From: Actinomycetes bacterium
GTDB taxonomy: Bacteria; Planctomycetota; Phycisphaerae; JAACET01
Length of the DNA: 64,000 bases
Reading direction: 5' to 3'
NCBI GenBank assembly: GCA_030614915.1
Contig: JAUXAG010000006.1
Location: 1,263 to 65,262 of the forward strand
Part shown: one piece after another, positions 19,297 to 29,237 of the stretch
Layout of the letters: every line of letters begins with the position of its first letter
Position numbering within the stretch: position 1 is the first letter of the stretch
Made by a program: the position numbers and the translations under genes
Notes under the pieces: model-generated
Databases searched by the model: none
Seen by the model: only the letters and a program-made list of their open reading frames with translations
Told to the model about the DNA's origin: nothing

Positions 19297-20682
19297 CTAA
19301 AGGCCAACAGCTTCGATGATCTTGTCCAAATCATCGGGGACCACTACGGGGCGATTGGCAAGATTAGCTCGCTTCACACCCACCCGTTGATATTTCTCTA
19401 TCTGGCCGAGATTTACCTCGGTGTGGTAATCCACTGTTACATTCGGGTCCTTCAAGGCGTGTCCTGTCAGGATGCAGACCACCCGCTCGTTTTTGCCGAT
19501 GACCGCTTCGGCCCGTAACTTGCGTAGCCCGGCCACCGAGGCCGCCGAAGCCGGTTCACAGCCCAGGCCGCTGCGCCCGACCATGGCCTTGGCGTCCAGT
19601 ATTTCCTCATCTGTAACTGTGCGCACCAGGCCGCTACACACATCCAAGGCCCGGAGGCACTTGCGCAGGTTCACCGGCCGATTGATTTCAATAGCGCTGG
19701 CCAGAGTCTTGGCCGAGCGGCGCTCGCTGTCCATTTGCTCGAAGAATTTCTTCTCCAGTTCCGGGTCGCACCGCCCGTCGTTCCACTTCATTTTCTCCTG
19801 TTCCACCAGCCGGTAGAGAGTATCAGCCCCGGCGGCATTGATAATTGCCATCCGCGGCACCCGCTCGATGAGCTTGAGTTTTTGCAGTTCCATAAAGGCC
19901 TTGCCGAAGGCGCTGCTGTTGCCCAGGTTACCGCCGGGCACCACTATCCAGTCGGGCACCTGCCAGTTGAGACCTTCGAGCACCCGGTACATGATGGCCT
20001 TTTGCCCTTCCAGCCGGAAGGGATTGATCGAATTCATCATGTACAGGCCCAGCCGCTCGGCCACTTGCTGAACCCGCCGCATACATACGTCGAAATCCCC
20101 TTCGATCTGGATGGTTCTGGCGCCGTAATCCAGGGCCTGGGCAAGTTTGCCGTAAGCGATCTTGCCCGATCCGATAAAGGCCACCGCCTGCATCCCGGCC
20201 GCCGAGGCGAACATGGCCACCGCCGCCGAGGTATTGCCGGTCGAGGCGCAGGCTACGGTCTTGGCCCCCACCATGCGGGCATGGGTGAAGGCCCCAGCCA
20301 TGCCGTTATCCTTGAACGAGCCGCTGGGATTGAGTCCTTCGTATTGCAGAAATATGTTCGGCGGCTCGATATCCACGTAATCAGCCAGGGCCCGGGAGTT
20401 CTGCAAAATAGTTTGGCCCTCTCCCAGGCTCACCATATCCTGCTCCGGGGCGAACTTCAGCAGTTCCCTGAAACGCCAGACCCCCGAAAAGTTCAGCCGC
20501 TCATTGCGTTGGGCCCAGCGTCTGGCAAAGGCCTTCATTCGCCGGGGCACCGGGATGAGCTTCCATTGGTAGCTGATGTCCATCAGCCCTGTGCACTTGG
20601 GGCAGGCGAAGGTTTGATCCTGGATATCCACTCTTGCCCCGCACGTTGGATTGATGCATTCCTGCCAAGCCACTTCACTCAT
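19297..20682 (-). CDS. thrC: Threonine synthase
   Basis: EGLNPSGSFKD, CASTGNTS, VPGGNLGNS, CEPASAASVAG, LTGHALKD. Confidence 0.95.
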   Translation of the reverse strand: MSEVAWQECINPTCGARVDIQDQTFACPKCTGLMDISYQWKLIPVPRRMKAFARRWAQRNERLNFSGVWRFRELLKFAPEQDMVSLGEGQTILQNSRALADYVDIEPPNIFLQYEGLNPSGSFKDNGMAGAFTHARMVGAKTVACASTGNTSAAVAMFASAAGMQAVAFIGSGKIAYGKLAQALDYGARTIQIEGDFDVCMRRVQQVAERLGLYMMNSINPFRLEGQKAIMYRVLEGLNWQVPDWIVVPGGNLGNSSAFGKAFMELQKLKLIERVPRMAIINAAGADTLYRLVEQEKMKWNDGRCDPELEKKFFEQMDSERRSAKTLASAIEINRPVNLRKCLRALDVCSGLVRTVTDEEILDAKAMVGRSGLGCEPASAASVAGLRKLRAEAVIGKNERVVCILTGHALKDPNVTVDYHTEVNLGQIEKYQRVGVKRANLANRPVVVPDDLDKIIEAVGL

Positions 20683-20745
20683 GATCTACCTCGCTCTGTT
20701 CAGGTTCTAGGCCTCAGGTCTGAGCCTCAGGGTCGAAGACAAGCC

Positions 20746-21663
20746 TCATGCCTCATTCTTAGATGCCTGTTGCAGAGTTTTCTTTTCCTGCCGACTCAAG
20801 CTGCCTAGGCCTTCTTCGTGGACTTTTTTGAGAATGCGGTCGATCTCGGTCTGCTGGGCACGTTGACGCTTCATTTTTCTTTCCCAGGCTCCCTTGCGAA
20901 TCTTGACCTGCACCCATTTACGCCCCGACGGCCCGACAGCCCCGCCGACCCTGCCCGGCCAACGGATAAGACCCTTGGCCTCCAGCCAGACCCACAATGC
21001 TCCCACGGCCAAGCCGCCCAGATGACAGGCGTCGGCTCCTTCTTGTGAGCCCAATATGTTGAGCAGATATATTGCGCCAATAATTATGGCCAGCGTACGG
21101 ATGCGAATAGGAAGGATGAAAAACAGTAAGATCGTTACCTGCGGTGCTCCTACCGCGCAGGCACCGACCAAACCTAGCACGGAGCCCGACGCACCGATCA
21201 TTAGCTTACTTGGAAAAACTCCGGCTGCTACGGTAATGGCATAGACTATTGCCCCCACTACTCCGAAAAGGCTATACAGAATGAAGAACTTCTTACCCCC
21301 CCAACGCTGCTCCAGCAAAGTCCCCAGAAAATATACCCACAGCATATTCCAAAAAATATGTCCCAGCCCACCATGCAGGTACTGATAGCTTATGAACCGC
21401 CATACTTGCCCTCTCAGTATTGCCCACTCGAGAACGAAACCTCCTGCGTATTCCGGCCAACCCAAGGCCAAATGGAGACCGGGTACGGGCACTAGAAATC
21501 CCAATGCCCTGCATAGGCGCTGGGCGACGAAGACGGCTACGTTGGCAATCAGGAGCTTCTTGACCATGGGTGTTAGCCGTGGCCACATGAAGCCCCCGGC
21601 CATCATCGGACCACCTCGGCCCTCGTAGCCGCTTTGGGCGTAATCCCTGTCTTGCCAGCCCAT
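20746..21663 (-). CDS. Rhomboid intramembrane serine protease with C-terminal DUF6576-like tail
   Basis: WR, HIFWNM, GASG, HLGG; EIDRILKKVHEEGLGSLS..EKKTL. Confidence 0.93.
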   Translation of the reverse strand: MGWQDRDYAQSGYEGRGGPMMAGGFMWPRLTPMVKKLLIANVAVFVAQRLCRALGFLVPVPGLHLALGWPEYAGGFVLEWAILRGQVWRFISYQYLHGGLGHIFWNMLWVYFLGTLLEQRWGGKKFFILYSLFGVVGAIVYAITVAAGVFPSKLMIGASGSVLGLVGACAVGAPQVTILLFFILPIRIRTLAIIIGAIYLLNILGSQEGADACHLGGLAVGALWVWLEAKGLIRWPGRVGGAVGPSGRKWVQVKIRKGAWERKMKRQRAQQTEIDRILKKVHEEGLGSLSRQEKKTLQQASKNEA

Positions 21664-22231
21664 ATCATTCCCCGTTCAGGCTCTTGGGTTTTCGAATTGC
21701 TGTGATTATAGGTGCTGAGTGAGCCAGCCGCAAGCTGGGTCTAAAGTGACCTTTGTAAGGCTATTATCACTGCTTTCTCAGCTATGGTCCGGCGGGAGGC
21801 CCCGGGCGGGGCGCAGATTTGCTCTGCGGACATTAACTACCCGTAATGTCCTGTAGTATAAGTCGCTACGAGAGGTCAGACACCTTTGTATTTTTATCCT
21901 TTTTACGGGGACCCTGACGGATGCTATGCGCCTGGGCCCAATACTTTTTGGAGCTGGACCCCATAAAAATATCGAGAATTACAGAGAATTTGTCTTGCAA
22001 AGTGGGTAAACTGGGCTTAGTATTTTAGAGAAGGGCTTGGTGTATCGAGCCGCTGATATCGGGCAGGTTGCTCTTGAAGATTTCAGTTTTGGGGATCGCT
22101 TTACAGGCGGTCACACAAAACGACAAGTACGGAGGAGGTATTTTCTTTGCTCTAACACGGGGACTTAGGGGGTAATTTCCGGGTTTTGTACATTGATAGA
22201 TAGAAGCGCCGTTGCGGTCTGCCGTTGTATT

Positions 22232-22427
22232 ATGCTTACCTGCCGGTAGGCAAGGGCATTTCGACCGTCGGCGATATGATCTCCGGGCGCCGGATCCATC
22301 TGGCAACACCTTCCTGTCGGCCGTGCCCCCCCCACGGTCTGACATTGTTGCCTTTTTTCCGGCGCCCTTTTCTTATTCCAACCTCAGTATCCAGCCGGTC
22401 CTGGCTGGCCCTTGCCTCAGGTAGCAT
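22232..22427. ncRNA. Candidate rod-shaped structured RNA (6S-like size and architecture), strand unresolved
   Basis: Nested inverted repeats: 22248-57/22408-17, 22285-94/22358-67, 22302-08/22346-52, 22315-25/22333-44, closing 22232-42/22418-27. Confidence 0.4.
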
Positions 22428-22765
22428 CCTTGGGAAACGACAGTTCCGAGAGGCACTACCCGTGAGTATCGGCATTTCTTCAGGCGTCGGCACCTGGTCT
22501 ACTTTTGGGACTTCTGCGGGACCATTTTGGGCAAAAAACACAACAGATACGAGGATTATCGGCCCCCTGCAAGAATTACGATAAATCTAATAAGTCTTTG
22601 TGGCAAATAAAAATAAGAAAATCTGTCAAAGGTCCATTTATCCCCGGACGATACAGTTAAGGGTAGCTCATTTTGCAGATTCTCTGGGGGTTTCCAGTTC
22701 TAGTCGCTATAATCTGGTGTCGGAGCGAACCCCTGGTGAATACCTGACTTTCAGAAAGTTCAGCA

Positions 22766-23383
22766 ATGGTCAATCACAGATATCTTGGTACTTCGGATAT
22801 AGCTCGGGTTTGCCAAGTCACCGCCGTTACCGTGGGCAATTGGATCCGTACCGGCAAACTCAAGGCCTCTCGTGTACCGGGGGGAAACTATCGTGTAACC
22901 ACGGCTGACTTGGCGCACTTCCTGCAGGACGCCGGCATGGTTGTCCCATCCGCGCTGATCAGCGAGCAGCCGCGGGTGCTGATTATCTGCGACGAGCCGG
23001 CCGCCACAGGGCGCTTCGGCAGCATCCTGGCTGATATCGGCGGGCGCTGGCATATCGATACTGCCTGCGACTGCTTGACCGCTGGGGCTAAGGTCGTCCA
23101 GATTGAGCCAGACCTGGTCATCCTGCGGCTGCCTATGGCGGGGATGGATCCGCAGGTTTGTGAGCAAATTTGTCAGACCTCAGCTTGGGCGCGTTGCAAA
23201 CTCCTGGTCATACTCACGACCGGCGAGCCGGCCGAGACGGCCGAAGCAAAACAAATTGGTGCTGACCGCTGTTTGGGCAAGGATTTCACCGCCAATGAGT
23301 TCCGCTCGGCCGTGCTGGAGTTGCTGTTCGAAGGTGCCCTGCCACCCGAAGATTTCCAAAGAACATCGCAGAAAGACCATTGA
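22766..23383 (+). CDS. Excisionase-type HTH + atypical receiver-domain regulator
   Basis: YLGTSDIARVCQVTAVTVGNWIRTGKLKASRVPGGNYRV; receiver fold PDLVILRLPM. Confidence 0.85.
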   Translation: MVNHRYLGTSDIARVCQVTAVTVGNWIRTGKLKASRVPGGNYRVTTADLAHFLQDAGMVVPSALISEQPRVLIICDEPAATGRFGSILADIGGRWHIDTACDCLTAGAKVVQIEPDLVILRLPMAGMDPQVCEQICQTSAWARCKLLVILTTGEPAETAEAKQIGADRCLGKDFTANEFRSAVLELLFEGALPPEDFQRTSQKDH

Positions 23384-23398
23384 TCCCCCCGCCCAGGC

Positions 23399-23998
23399 TC
23401 ATTCACTTATGCCCAGACGCTTCCGCACGTGTCGCGGCATGTCTTGGGCCTTTACATTTAGCCACAACCCGCGCTTGTTTTTCCGGGCTTGATTTTCTAT
23501 CTGCCCGAAGCGAAAGTAGAACCGGTGCCGCCAACGGCCGTCCGCATAGGCGTGTCCGCTTCGCAGCAGCTCCTCGTTGAGCATCTTACCCGCGTCGGTG
23601 TATACAAATGCCAGCAGCCTGCCGAACTTGCCTCGGGTCTTTTCGCCCTCGAGCTCTATGCTAACCGTTCGAGAAGCGACCATCCTTTCGGTAAAGGTTG
23701 TAGCCTCCCGGCCGAAGTATGCCACTGGCTTGCCCGGAGCCTTGGTTTCGGGGGTATCCACTCCCCACAATCTCACTCGCGTATAGGACTGATTGGCATC
23801 TGGGGTATTCAGATCGATAGTGTCCCCGTCAATCACCCGGTACACCTGGAACTGCTTATTGTTGTATCTGTGAAAATCACCGCTTTGTGGGCTTTGTCGG
23901 TCGCGCCCAATCAGGGCCAGCACTACCAGCAGGCCCAGAAGCACAGCTAGAGCTACTGTCCTGCTCAGCCTGTTGGCCGAGGGCTTGAGCTTTGCCAT
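23399..23998 (-). CDS. Thermonuclease (SNase) family protein
   Basis: RVIDGDT, RVRLWGVDTPE, GKFGRLLAFVY, LNEELLRSG, ARKNKRGLW. Confidence 0.93.
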   Translation of the reverse strand: MAKLKPSANRLSRTVALAVLLGLLVVLALIGRDRQSPQSGDFHRYNNKQFQVYRVIDGDTIDLNTPDANQSYTRVRLWGVDTPETKAPGKPVAYFGREATTFTERMVASRTVSIELEGEKTRGKFGRLLAFVYTDAGKMLNEELLRSGHAYADGRWRHRFYFRFGQIENQARKNKRGLWLNVKAQDMPRHVRKRLGISE

Positions 23999-24028
23999 CA
24001 GAGCAGTCCGATTATTATGCTATCAAGA

Positions 24029-25264
24029 TCAAAGACCCTGCCGGGTCGGTGCAGATTCCAGATTGAAGGCCTTGTGTACGGCCCGCAAGGCCTGGGGCCC
24101 CTGGTCGCGACTGATCAAGCAGGAGAGCTTGATCTCGCTGGTAGTGATGGCATTGATGTTTATCTTGGCCTGGGCCAAGGCCCTGAACATGCTGTGGGCC
24201 ACACCAGTATGGCTTCGCATTCCTACGCCCACCGCTGAGACTTTAGCCAGTTCATTGTCGTAGGATATTTTACATCCCGGCCAATTTGCCTTTACCTCGG
24301 CCACCACTTTCTGAGCCGCCTTCAATTCCCCCGAATCCACCGTGAAGCTCAGCGTCGCACAGCCGCTTTCGTGCTCAGTTTGGATGATATCATCCACGAT
24401 GATGTTAGCCTTGGCTACCCGGGAGAAGATATCCGCTGCAATACCCGGCGTATTCGGCACGTGGTCCATGGTTATCTGAGCGACGTCCTTTTTCAGAGAC
24501 ACACCCGAAATGACAATTTCTTCCATGGTATCAGCCTCCTGGCAGATTTCGGTGCCCGGTTCATCAGTGGCGCTGGACCGGACGCGAATCAGCACATTAT
24601 ACTTTTTACCGAACTCTACGGCCCGGGAGTGCATTACGCCGGCGCCCAGACTGGCCATCTCGAGCATTTCGTCGTAGCTGATGCGATCGAGTTTGCGGGC
24701 CTCGGACACAATTCGCGGGTCGGCGGTGAAAACTCCCGGCACATCGGTAAAGATATCACAATAATCAGCTCGCAGCACAGCCGCTAGGGCTACGGCGGTG
24801 GTGTCTGAGCCGCCTCGGCCCAGAGTAGTGATATTTGCATTTTCGTCTACCCCTTGGAAGCCGGCTATAATTGCAATCTTCCCCTGGTCCAACTGCGAAG
24901 TGATCCGCTGGGCATTGATCCGCTGGATTCTGGCCTTGGTATGGGCGTTATCGGTTATCAGCCCGACCTGCCCTCCGGTGAAGCTGACCGCCTCATGGCC
25001 GGCCGCCTGGATTGCCATGGCCATCAGCGATATCGATATCTGTTCCCCAGTGCTCAGCAGTTGATCCATTTCCCGTTTGGAAGGATTATCGCTAATCTCG
25101 TAGGCCATTTGCTCCAGTTTATCTGTGGTTTTGCCCGGTGCCGAAACCACCACCACCACCGAGTTGCCTGCCAGCTTGGCGCTGATTGCCCGCTTGGCTG
25201 CCCGGTGTATTTTCTGGGCATCCGCAATGCTCGTACCGCCGAATTTCTGGACTACCAAACCCAT
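24029..25264 (-). CDS. lysC: Aspartate kinase
   Basis: VVQKFGGTS, TTLGRGGSDTTAVA, two ACT domains. Confidence 0.96.
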   Translation of the reverse strand: MGLVVQKFGGTSIADAQKIHRAAKRAISAKLAGNSVVVVVSAPGKTTDKLEQMAYEISDNPSKREMDQLLSTGEQISISLMAMAIQAAGHEAVSFTGGQVGLITDNAHTKARIQRINAQRITSQLDQGKIAIIAGFQGVDENANITTLGRGGSDTTAVALAAVLRADYCDIFTDVPGVFTADPRIVSEARKLDRISYDEMLEMASLGAGVMHSRAVEFGKKYNVLIRVRSSATDEPGTEICQEADTMEEIVISGVSLKKDVAQITMDHVPNTPGIAADIFSRVAKANIIVDDIIQTEHESGCATLSFTVDSGELKAAQKVVAEVKANWPGCKISYDNELAKVSAVGVGMRSHTGVAHSMFRALAQAKININAITTSEIKLSCLISRDQGPQALRAVHKAFNLESAPTRQGL

Positions 25265-25277
25265 AGCTTTTCCAACT

Positions 25278-25362
25278 AGGCTTGAGGCTTGAGACTTGAG
25301 GAAGAGCCCGTGGCCAGAGCTAGCTTTTTCTTCCTCGTCCCTCAGGCCTCACGCCTCAGGCC
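25278..25362. repeat. Inverted pair of heptamer tandem arrays (CTTGAGG / CCTCAGG type) between apgM and lysC
   Basis: aggcttgaggcttgagacttgagg ... cctcaggcctcacgcctcaggcc; related heptamers at ~20700-20755 and ~28073. Confidence 0.6.
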
Positions 25363-26543
25363 TTTAAAAAGTATTCCATCAGTTCCCAGCCACGCTCGAC
25401 ATGCAGGTCCGCCGCCTCGGCGTTGGCTTCGCTGAAGGCATCGGCCAGGACGGCGGTGATGTTCTCACCGGCCAGGGCGAAGGGCACAGCTTTTCCAATG
25501 TGTGTGCGCAGACGCACCGGGGTAGGATGATCCGGGCAGATCAGCATCCGCCAGTGCTTACCTTTGCGCAACTCCTCAAGTACCGGCCCAACGATATGTT
25601 TGTCAATGGCCTCCAGGGCGGCCAACTTGGCCTTGGCATCGCCGTTGTGGCCGGCCTCATCCGGGGCCTCGATGTGCACCACCACCAGGTCATAGTTCTT
25701 CAGGGCCGCAACAGCGGCTTGGCCTTTGGCCTGGTAATCCGTGTCCAGATAACCCGTAGCCCCTGGTACTTGGATGTTCTCCCATCCGGCCAGCCGGGCC
25801 AGGCCCTTGATCAAATCGGTGCCTGCCACCAGTCCCCCCCGAAGCCCGAATCGCTTGCTGAATGGTTCCAGTTCGCAGCGTCTGCCCTGACCCCACAGCC
25901 ATATCTGTGTCGCGGGGTTCTCGTTGAGTTGTCGCCGGACATCGTTGATCTCGTTCTTCTCGAACAGCTCAGCCGACTTGCTCATCATCTCTCGCAGGGC
26001 GGCGCTGCCTTTTCCCTTCGGCAAGTATTTTTGCACCGACTGATCCATAATATCGTGCGGCGCAACGGTCCGCAGCCTTTTAAAGGCCGCTTCCCGGAAC
26101 ACTACCAGGTGGCGATAGGAAACCCCTGGATAGAACTCTATGCTGTCGCTGGCCAGCTCTTCGGCGAGCAGGTTTATCAGGGCCCGGGCTTCCTGTGAAG
26201 AAATGTGTCCGGCCGAATAGTCGATCATCTTCCCGTCGATAATCGTGACCAGGTTCGCCCGCAACGCCCAGTCTTCTTCAGCCAGTTCGATACCTCGTCC
26301 CGCCGCTTCGATCGCTGCCCGGCCGGTGTAGTTGGCCTTGGGATCGTAGCCCATCAGGCTCATGATGGCTATGTCCGAGCCCGGGGGCATTGCCGCCGGT
26401 ACATGCTTGACCGTCCCGGTCCGACCGTGGCTGGCAACCCAGTCGATATTGGGCAGCCGGGCCGCCTCTAGCGGCGTACGGTTGCCGAGTTCACCGATCG
26501 GCTCGTCGGCCGCCCCGTCGGGTATTATTACCGTGTATCGCAC
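25356..26543 (-). CDS. apgM: Cofactor-independent phosphoglycerate mutase, ApgM family (proposed homoserine kinase subgroup)
   Basis: PDGAAD, TPLEAA, PGSD, GRAAIEA, HIEAPDEAGH, CPDHPTP. Confidence 0.88.
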   Translation of the reverse strand: MRYTVIIPDGAADEPIGELGNRTPLEAARLPNIDWVASHGRTGTVKHVPAAMPPGSDIAIMSLMGYDPKANYTGRAAIEAAGRGIELAEEDWALRANLVTIIDGKMIDYSAGHISSQEARALINLLAEELASDSIEFYPGVSYRHLVVFREAAFKRLRTVAPHDIMDQSVQKYLPKGKGSAALREMMSKSAELFEKNEINDVRRQLNENPATQIWLWGQGRRCELEPFSKRFGLRGGLVAGTDLIKGLARLAGWENIQVPGATGYLDTDYQAKGQAAVAALKNYDLVVVHIEAPDEAGHNGDAKAKLAALEAIDKHIVGPVLEELRKGKHWRMLICPDHPTPVRLRTHIGKAVPFALAGENITAVLADAFSEANAEAADLHVERGWELMEYFLKA

Positions 26544-26578
26544 TTTACTCTTACCAGTTTAAGATCGAGCTTGAATAT

Positions 26579-27886
26579 TCAGGCGCTTTCTTCTGCCACC
26601 CGGATGCACACTGGAGGCTCGCTAACAACTTCCAGTTGAGCGATTTCCGTCAGGGCCTCTTGCACCGAGCCTTCCCGGGCCAAGTGGGTCATTATGATTA
26701 CAGGCACGGGCTTAGCCGGCTCGCTTTCGTGCTGCAGTATTGCCGAAAGACTGATGTCTTTTCTACCCAGCACCCCGGAGACCTTGGCCATCACTCCGGG
26801 TTCATCCAGAGCCGTGATCCGGATATAGTACCGCGATTCGATGTCTTCTATGGATACAATCGGTAATTTTCGCCCGGTCCATTCACTCAGCGACCGGCAT
26901 CTGCGGCTGTCCGGGCCCTGGGCAAGGGCTATGACGTCGGCTATTACCGCTGAGGCCGTGGGCATTCGGCCGGCCCCCATCCCGTAGTAAAGCGTCTCTC
27001 CGGTGGCATGCCCGTAAACGCTCACCGCATTATAGACTCCACCCACCTGGGCCAGCAGGCTGCCCCGCGGCAGGAAGGTCGGATGCACCCGCAGCGAAAT
27101 CCCTTCAGGATGGACCTCTCCTATGGCTAAGAGTTTCATCACGTAGCCGAGTTCTGCTGCAAAGGCCAGGTCCGTCTGCTCTATCCGGTCGATTCCTTCG
27201 ACGTATATATTGTCCAGACTGACTTGGGTTCCGAAGGCCAGCATAGCCAGGATGGCCAGCTTATGGGCCGAGTCCATCCCGTTAATGTCCAGCGTGGGGT
27301 CAGCCTCTGCGTACCCCGCCTCCTGAGCCTGAGACAGAGCACTGGAGAACGACTCTTGCTTGTCGGTCATATTGGTCAGGATGTAGTTGCAGGTCCCGTT
27401 AACGATTCCTTTTAGTCCGTTTATTCTGTTGGCCACCAGGCCGTCTTCCAGGGCCCCGATAAGCGGGATTCCTCCGGCACAACTGGCCTCGAAACGTATC
27501 TGCTTTCCCACGGACTGGGCCAATTTCAGCAGTTCCGCTCCATGGCTGGCCAGCAGGGCTTTATTGGCCGTAACCACGTCTTTACCCGCCTGGAGCAGTT
27601 TTTCCACCACCGCCCGAGCCCCATCCACCCCGCCGATCAGCTCAATGCCTATGGAGATGTCCTCGTCTTCGAGAATATCTTCCAGTCGGCTGGTCAGTAG
27701 AGCCGACTCTACAGCCACTTCTCTGGGCCGCTCCAGATCCACATCGCAGATACGCACCAGGCGCAGATGGAGGCCTGTTTTTGCCGTTGCCGGACTCCCC
27801 TCGTTGCTCAGTAGGGCTGCTACTCCCTGGCCTACCGTGCCGAAGCCGACCAGTCCCACCCCGATCTTTTTGGGCTTGTTTCTCAC
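26579..27886 (-). CDS. hom: Homoserine dehydrogenase with ACT domain
   Basis: GFGTVG, VVTANK, FEASCAGGIP, GIVNGTCNYIL, GYAEADPTLD; GTG start after GGAGG. Confidence 0.96.
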   Translation of the reverse strand: MRNKPKKIGVGLVGFGTVGQGVAALLSNEGSPATAKTGLHLRLVRICDVDLERPREVAVESALLTSRLEDILEDEDISIGIELIGGVDGARAVVEKLLQAGKDVVTANKALLASHGAELLKLAQSVGKQIRFEASCAGGIPLIGALEDGLVANRINGLKGIVNGTCNYILTNMTDKQESFSSALSQAQEAGYAEADPTLDINGMDSAHKLAILAMLAFGTQVSLDNIYVEGIDRIEQTDLAFAAELGYVMKLLAIGEVHPEGISLRVHPTFLPRGSLLAQVGGVYNAVSVYGHATGETLYYGMGAGRMPTASAVIADVIALAQGPDSRRCRSLSEWTGRKLPIVSIEDIESRYYIRITALDEPGVMAKVSGVLGRKDISLSAILQHESEPAKPVPVIIMTHLAREGSVQEALTEIAQLEVVSEPPVCIRVAEESA

Positions 27887-28081
27887 CGTAATCCTCCGCA
27901 TTGCGGGGCGCAGATGCCGACACTGTATAGAGTTACCTTGCTAAGGTCAAGCCAATTAAGAAATGTGTAAGGCTAAGCCACTATAACAAAACCTGACGCA
28001 CCCGCAAAACCGGATATAGCAAATCGGAAAAACCCCTCTGAAGTGTCGGGACCGAAACCGTAGCCTTGAACCGCCTCAAGC

Positions 28082-28738
28082 CTAATTCCGCAGGGCCCGT
28101 TTGTATGTTGCGTATGGGAAATACCGTCCCGGACACTTGGTGCTCTTGAAATCACGATGGAAATAAACCCCTGACGGGGGCAAATGGGTACAGGCCAGCA
28201 ACCCTTTCGTTAGATAAATCAGGGACTTCATCTGGGCGCGAGACGGCCGAGTGTACTCGAAGTTGCCCACCAGACATATACCTATACCATGTTTGTTGTA
28301 TTCGTTGCTGTCGTCAGGAGAAACGCGGCAATGAGCGCCGTGTTTTTGCTGACGCCACCTGGACCCAACCTCGATTTGTCCGTCAGCCGTATCTGTGCCG
28401 TTGCCGATAACGAAGTGATAGCCCATCTCGTCCATTCCGTTGTTTCTGTGTGCTCGGTCGAATCTTCTGGCGCTGCCTTCTTGCGTGGCACTGTGGTGGA
28501 CGATGATGTACTTCCAGCGATTTGACAGGTTTGCTACTGTCCAGGGCCCCCGTGAAGGTCGAGTCGCTTGGGAACGGTTTCTCGACTGGCCGGGCCTATA
28601 CCCTAGTGTTTCGTCAGTTTCCCTGAAGACCGGATCCAGCGGGGGGTCCACCGTCGTTGTCCGCCGGGGCCCGCAGCCCACCAAGACCGGAGCCATTATG
28701 CTCATTACGAACATCACTAAGGGCTTGTGTTTCACCAA
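28082..28738 (-). CDS. N-acetylmuramoyl-L-alanine amidase (Amidase_2) lipoprotein
   Basis: Lipobox LVGC; WKYIIVHHSAT, GYHFVIGNG, GAH, GIGICLVGNF, HRD...TKCPG. Confidence 0.92.
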   Translation of the reverse strand: MVKHKPLVMFVMSIMAPVLVGCGPRRTTTVDPPLDPVFRETDETLGYRPGQSRNRSQATRPSRGPWTVANLSNRWKYIIVHHSATQEGSARRFDRAHRNNGMDEMGYHFVIGNGTDTADGQIEVGSRWRQQKHGAHCRVSPDDSNEYNKHGIGICLVGNFEYTRPSRAQMKSLIYLTKGLLACTHLPPSGVYFHRDFKSTKCPGRYFPYATYKRALRN

Positions 28739-29237
28739 AGTCCTCCTTCAATTACTATAATTACGTCTGATTCACTTGACTCGCTGGACTACTGCCGGGC
28801 CGAGGTTCGACCTGTGAGTCTCCACCTTTTCTGTCTGTCTTCTGTTATGACAATTATCGGACATCTTGGCCTGAATATGTAGAAAAAAATTATATTTCGA
28901 GGGGCGGGCCTAATCCGCACAGCACTTGGCTTGCCCCTGCGTTGTTACCCTGATAATATGCCCGCCAAACGCCTGATTTAGTCTTGTCGGGACTGCTTGG
29001 AGAATGGTCATAGCTTCGAAATGGGATATGACGAGAGAACCTGGCCTTCTCCCCGCGGATTCGGGTATGATGGAAGCTGCCATCTGCCCGGGAGTTGGGG
29101 TATAATGCGGGGAGAAGTCTGTGACGGTTGTGGGCAGAAAATAGTATGGGAAATCCCAAGTAACGTCATGTAGGCCGATGCGTCTAATAGACAGACGTAA
29201 GCCGTTTTGAAGGGATACTTTCGAGTGGGAGACTGAT

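Noticed and set aside
22025-22584. Several 70-120 aa ORFs in the long intergenic region
   Set aside because: Overlapping in multiple frames, no RBS or motifs; better explained by the structured element.
22766-22950. Excisionase as prophage evidence
   Set aside because: HTH is fused to a receiver domain; no integrase or phage genes in the window.
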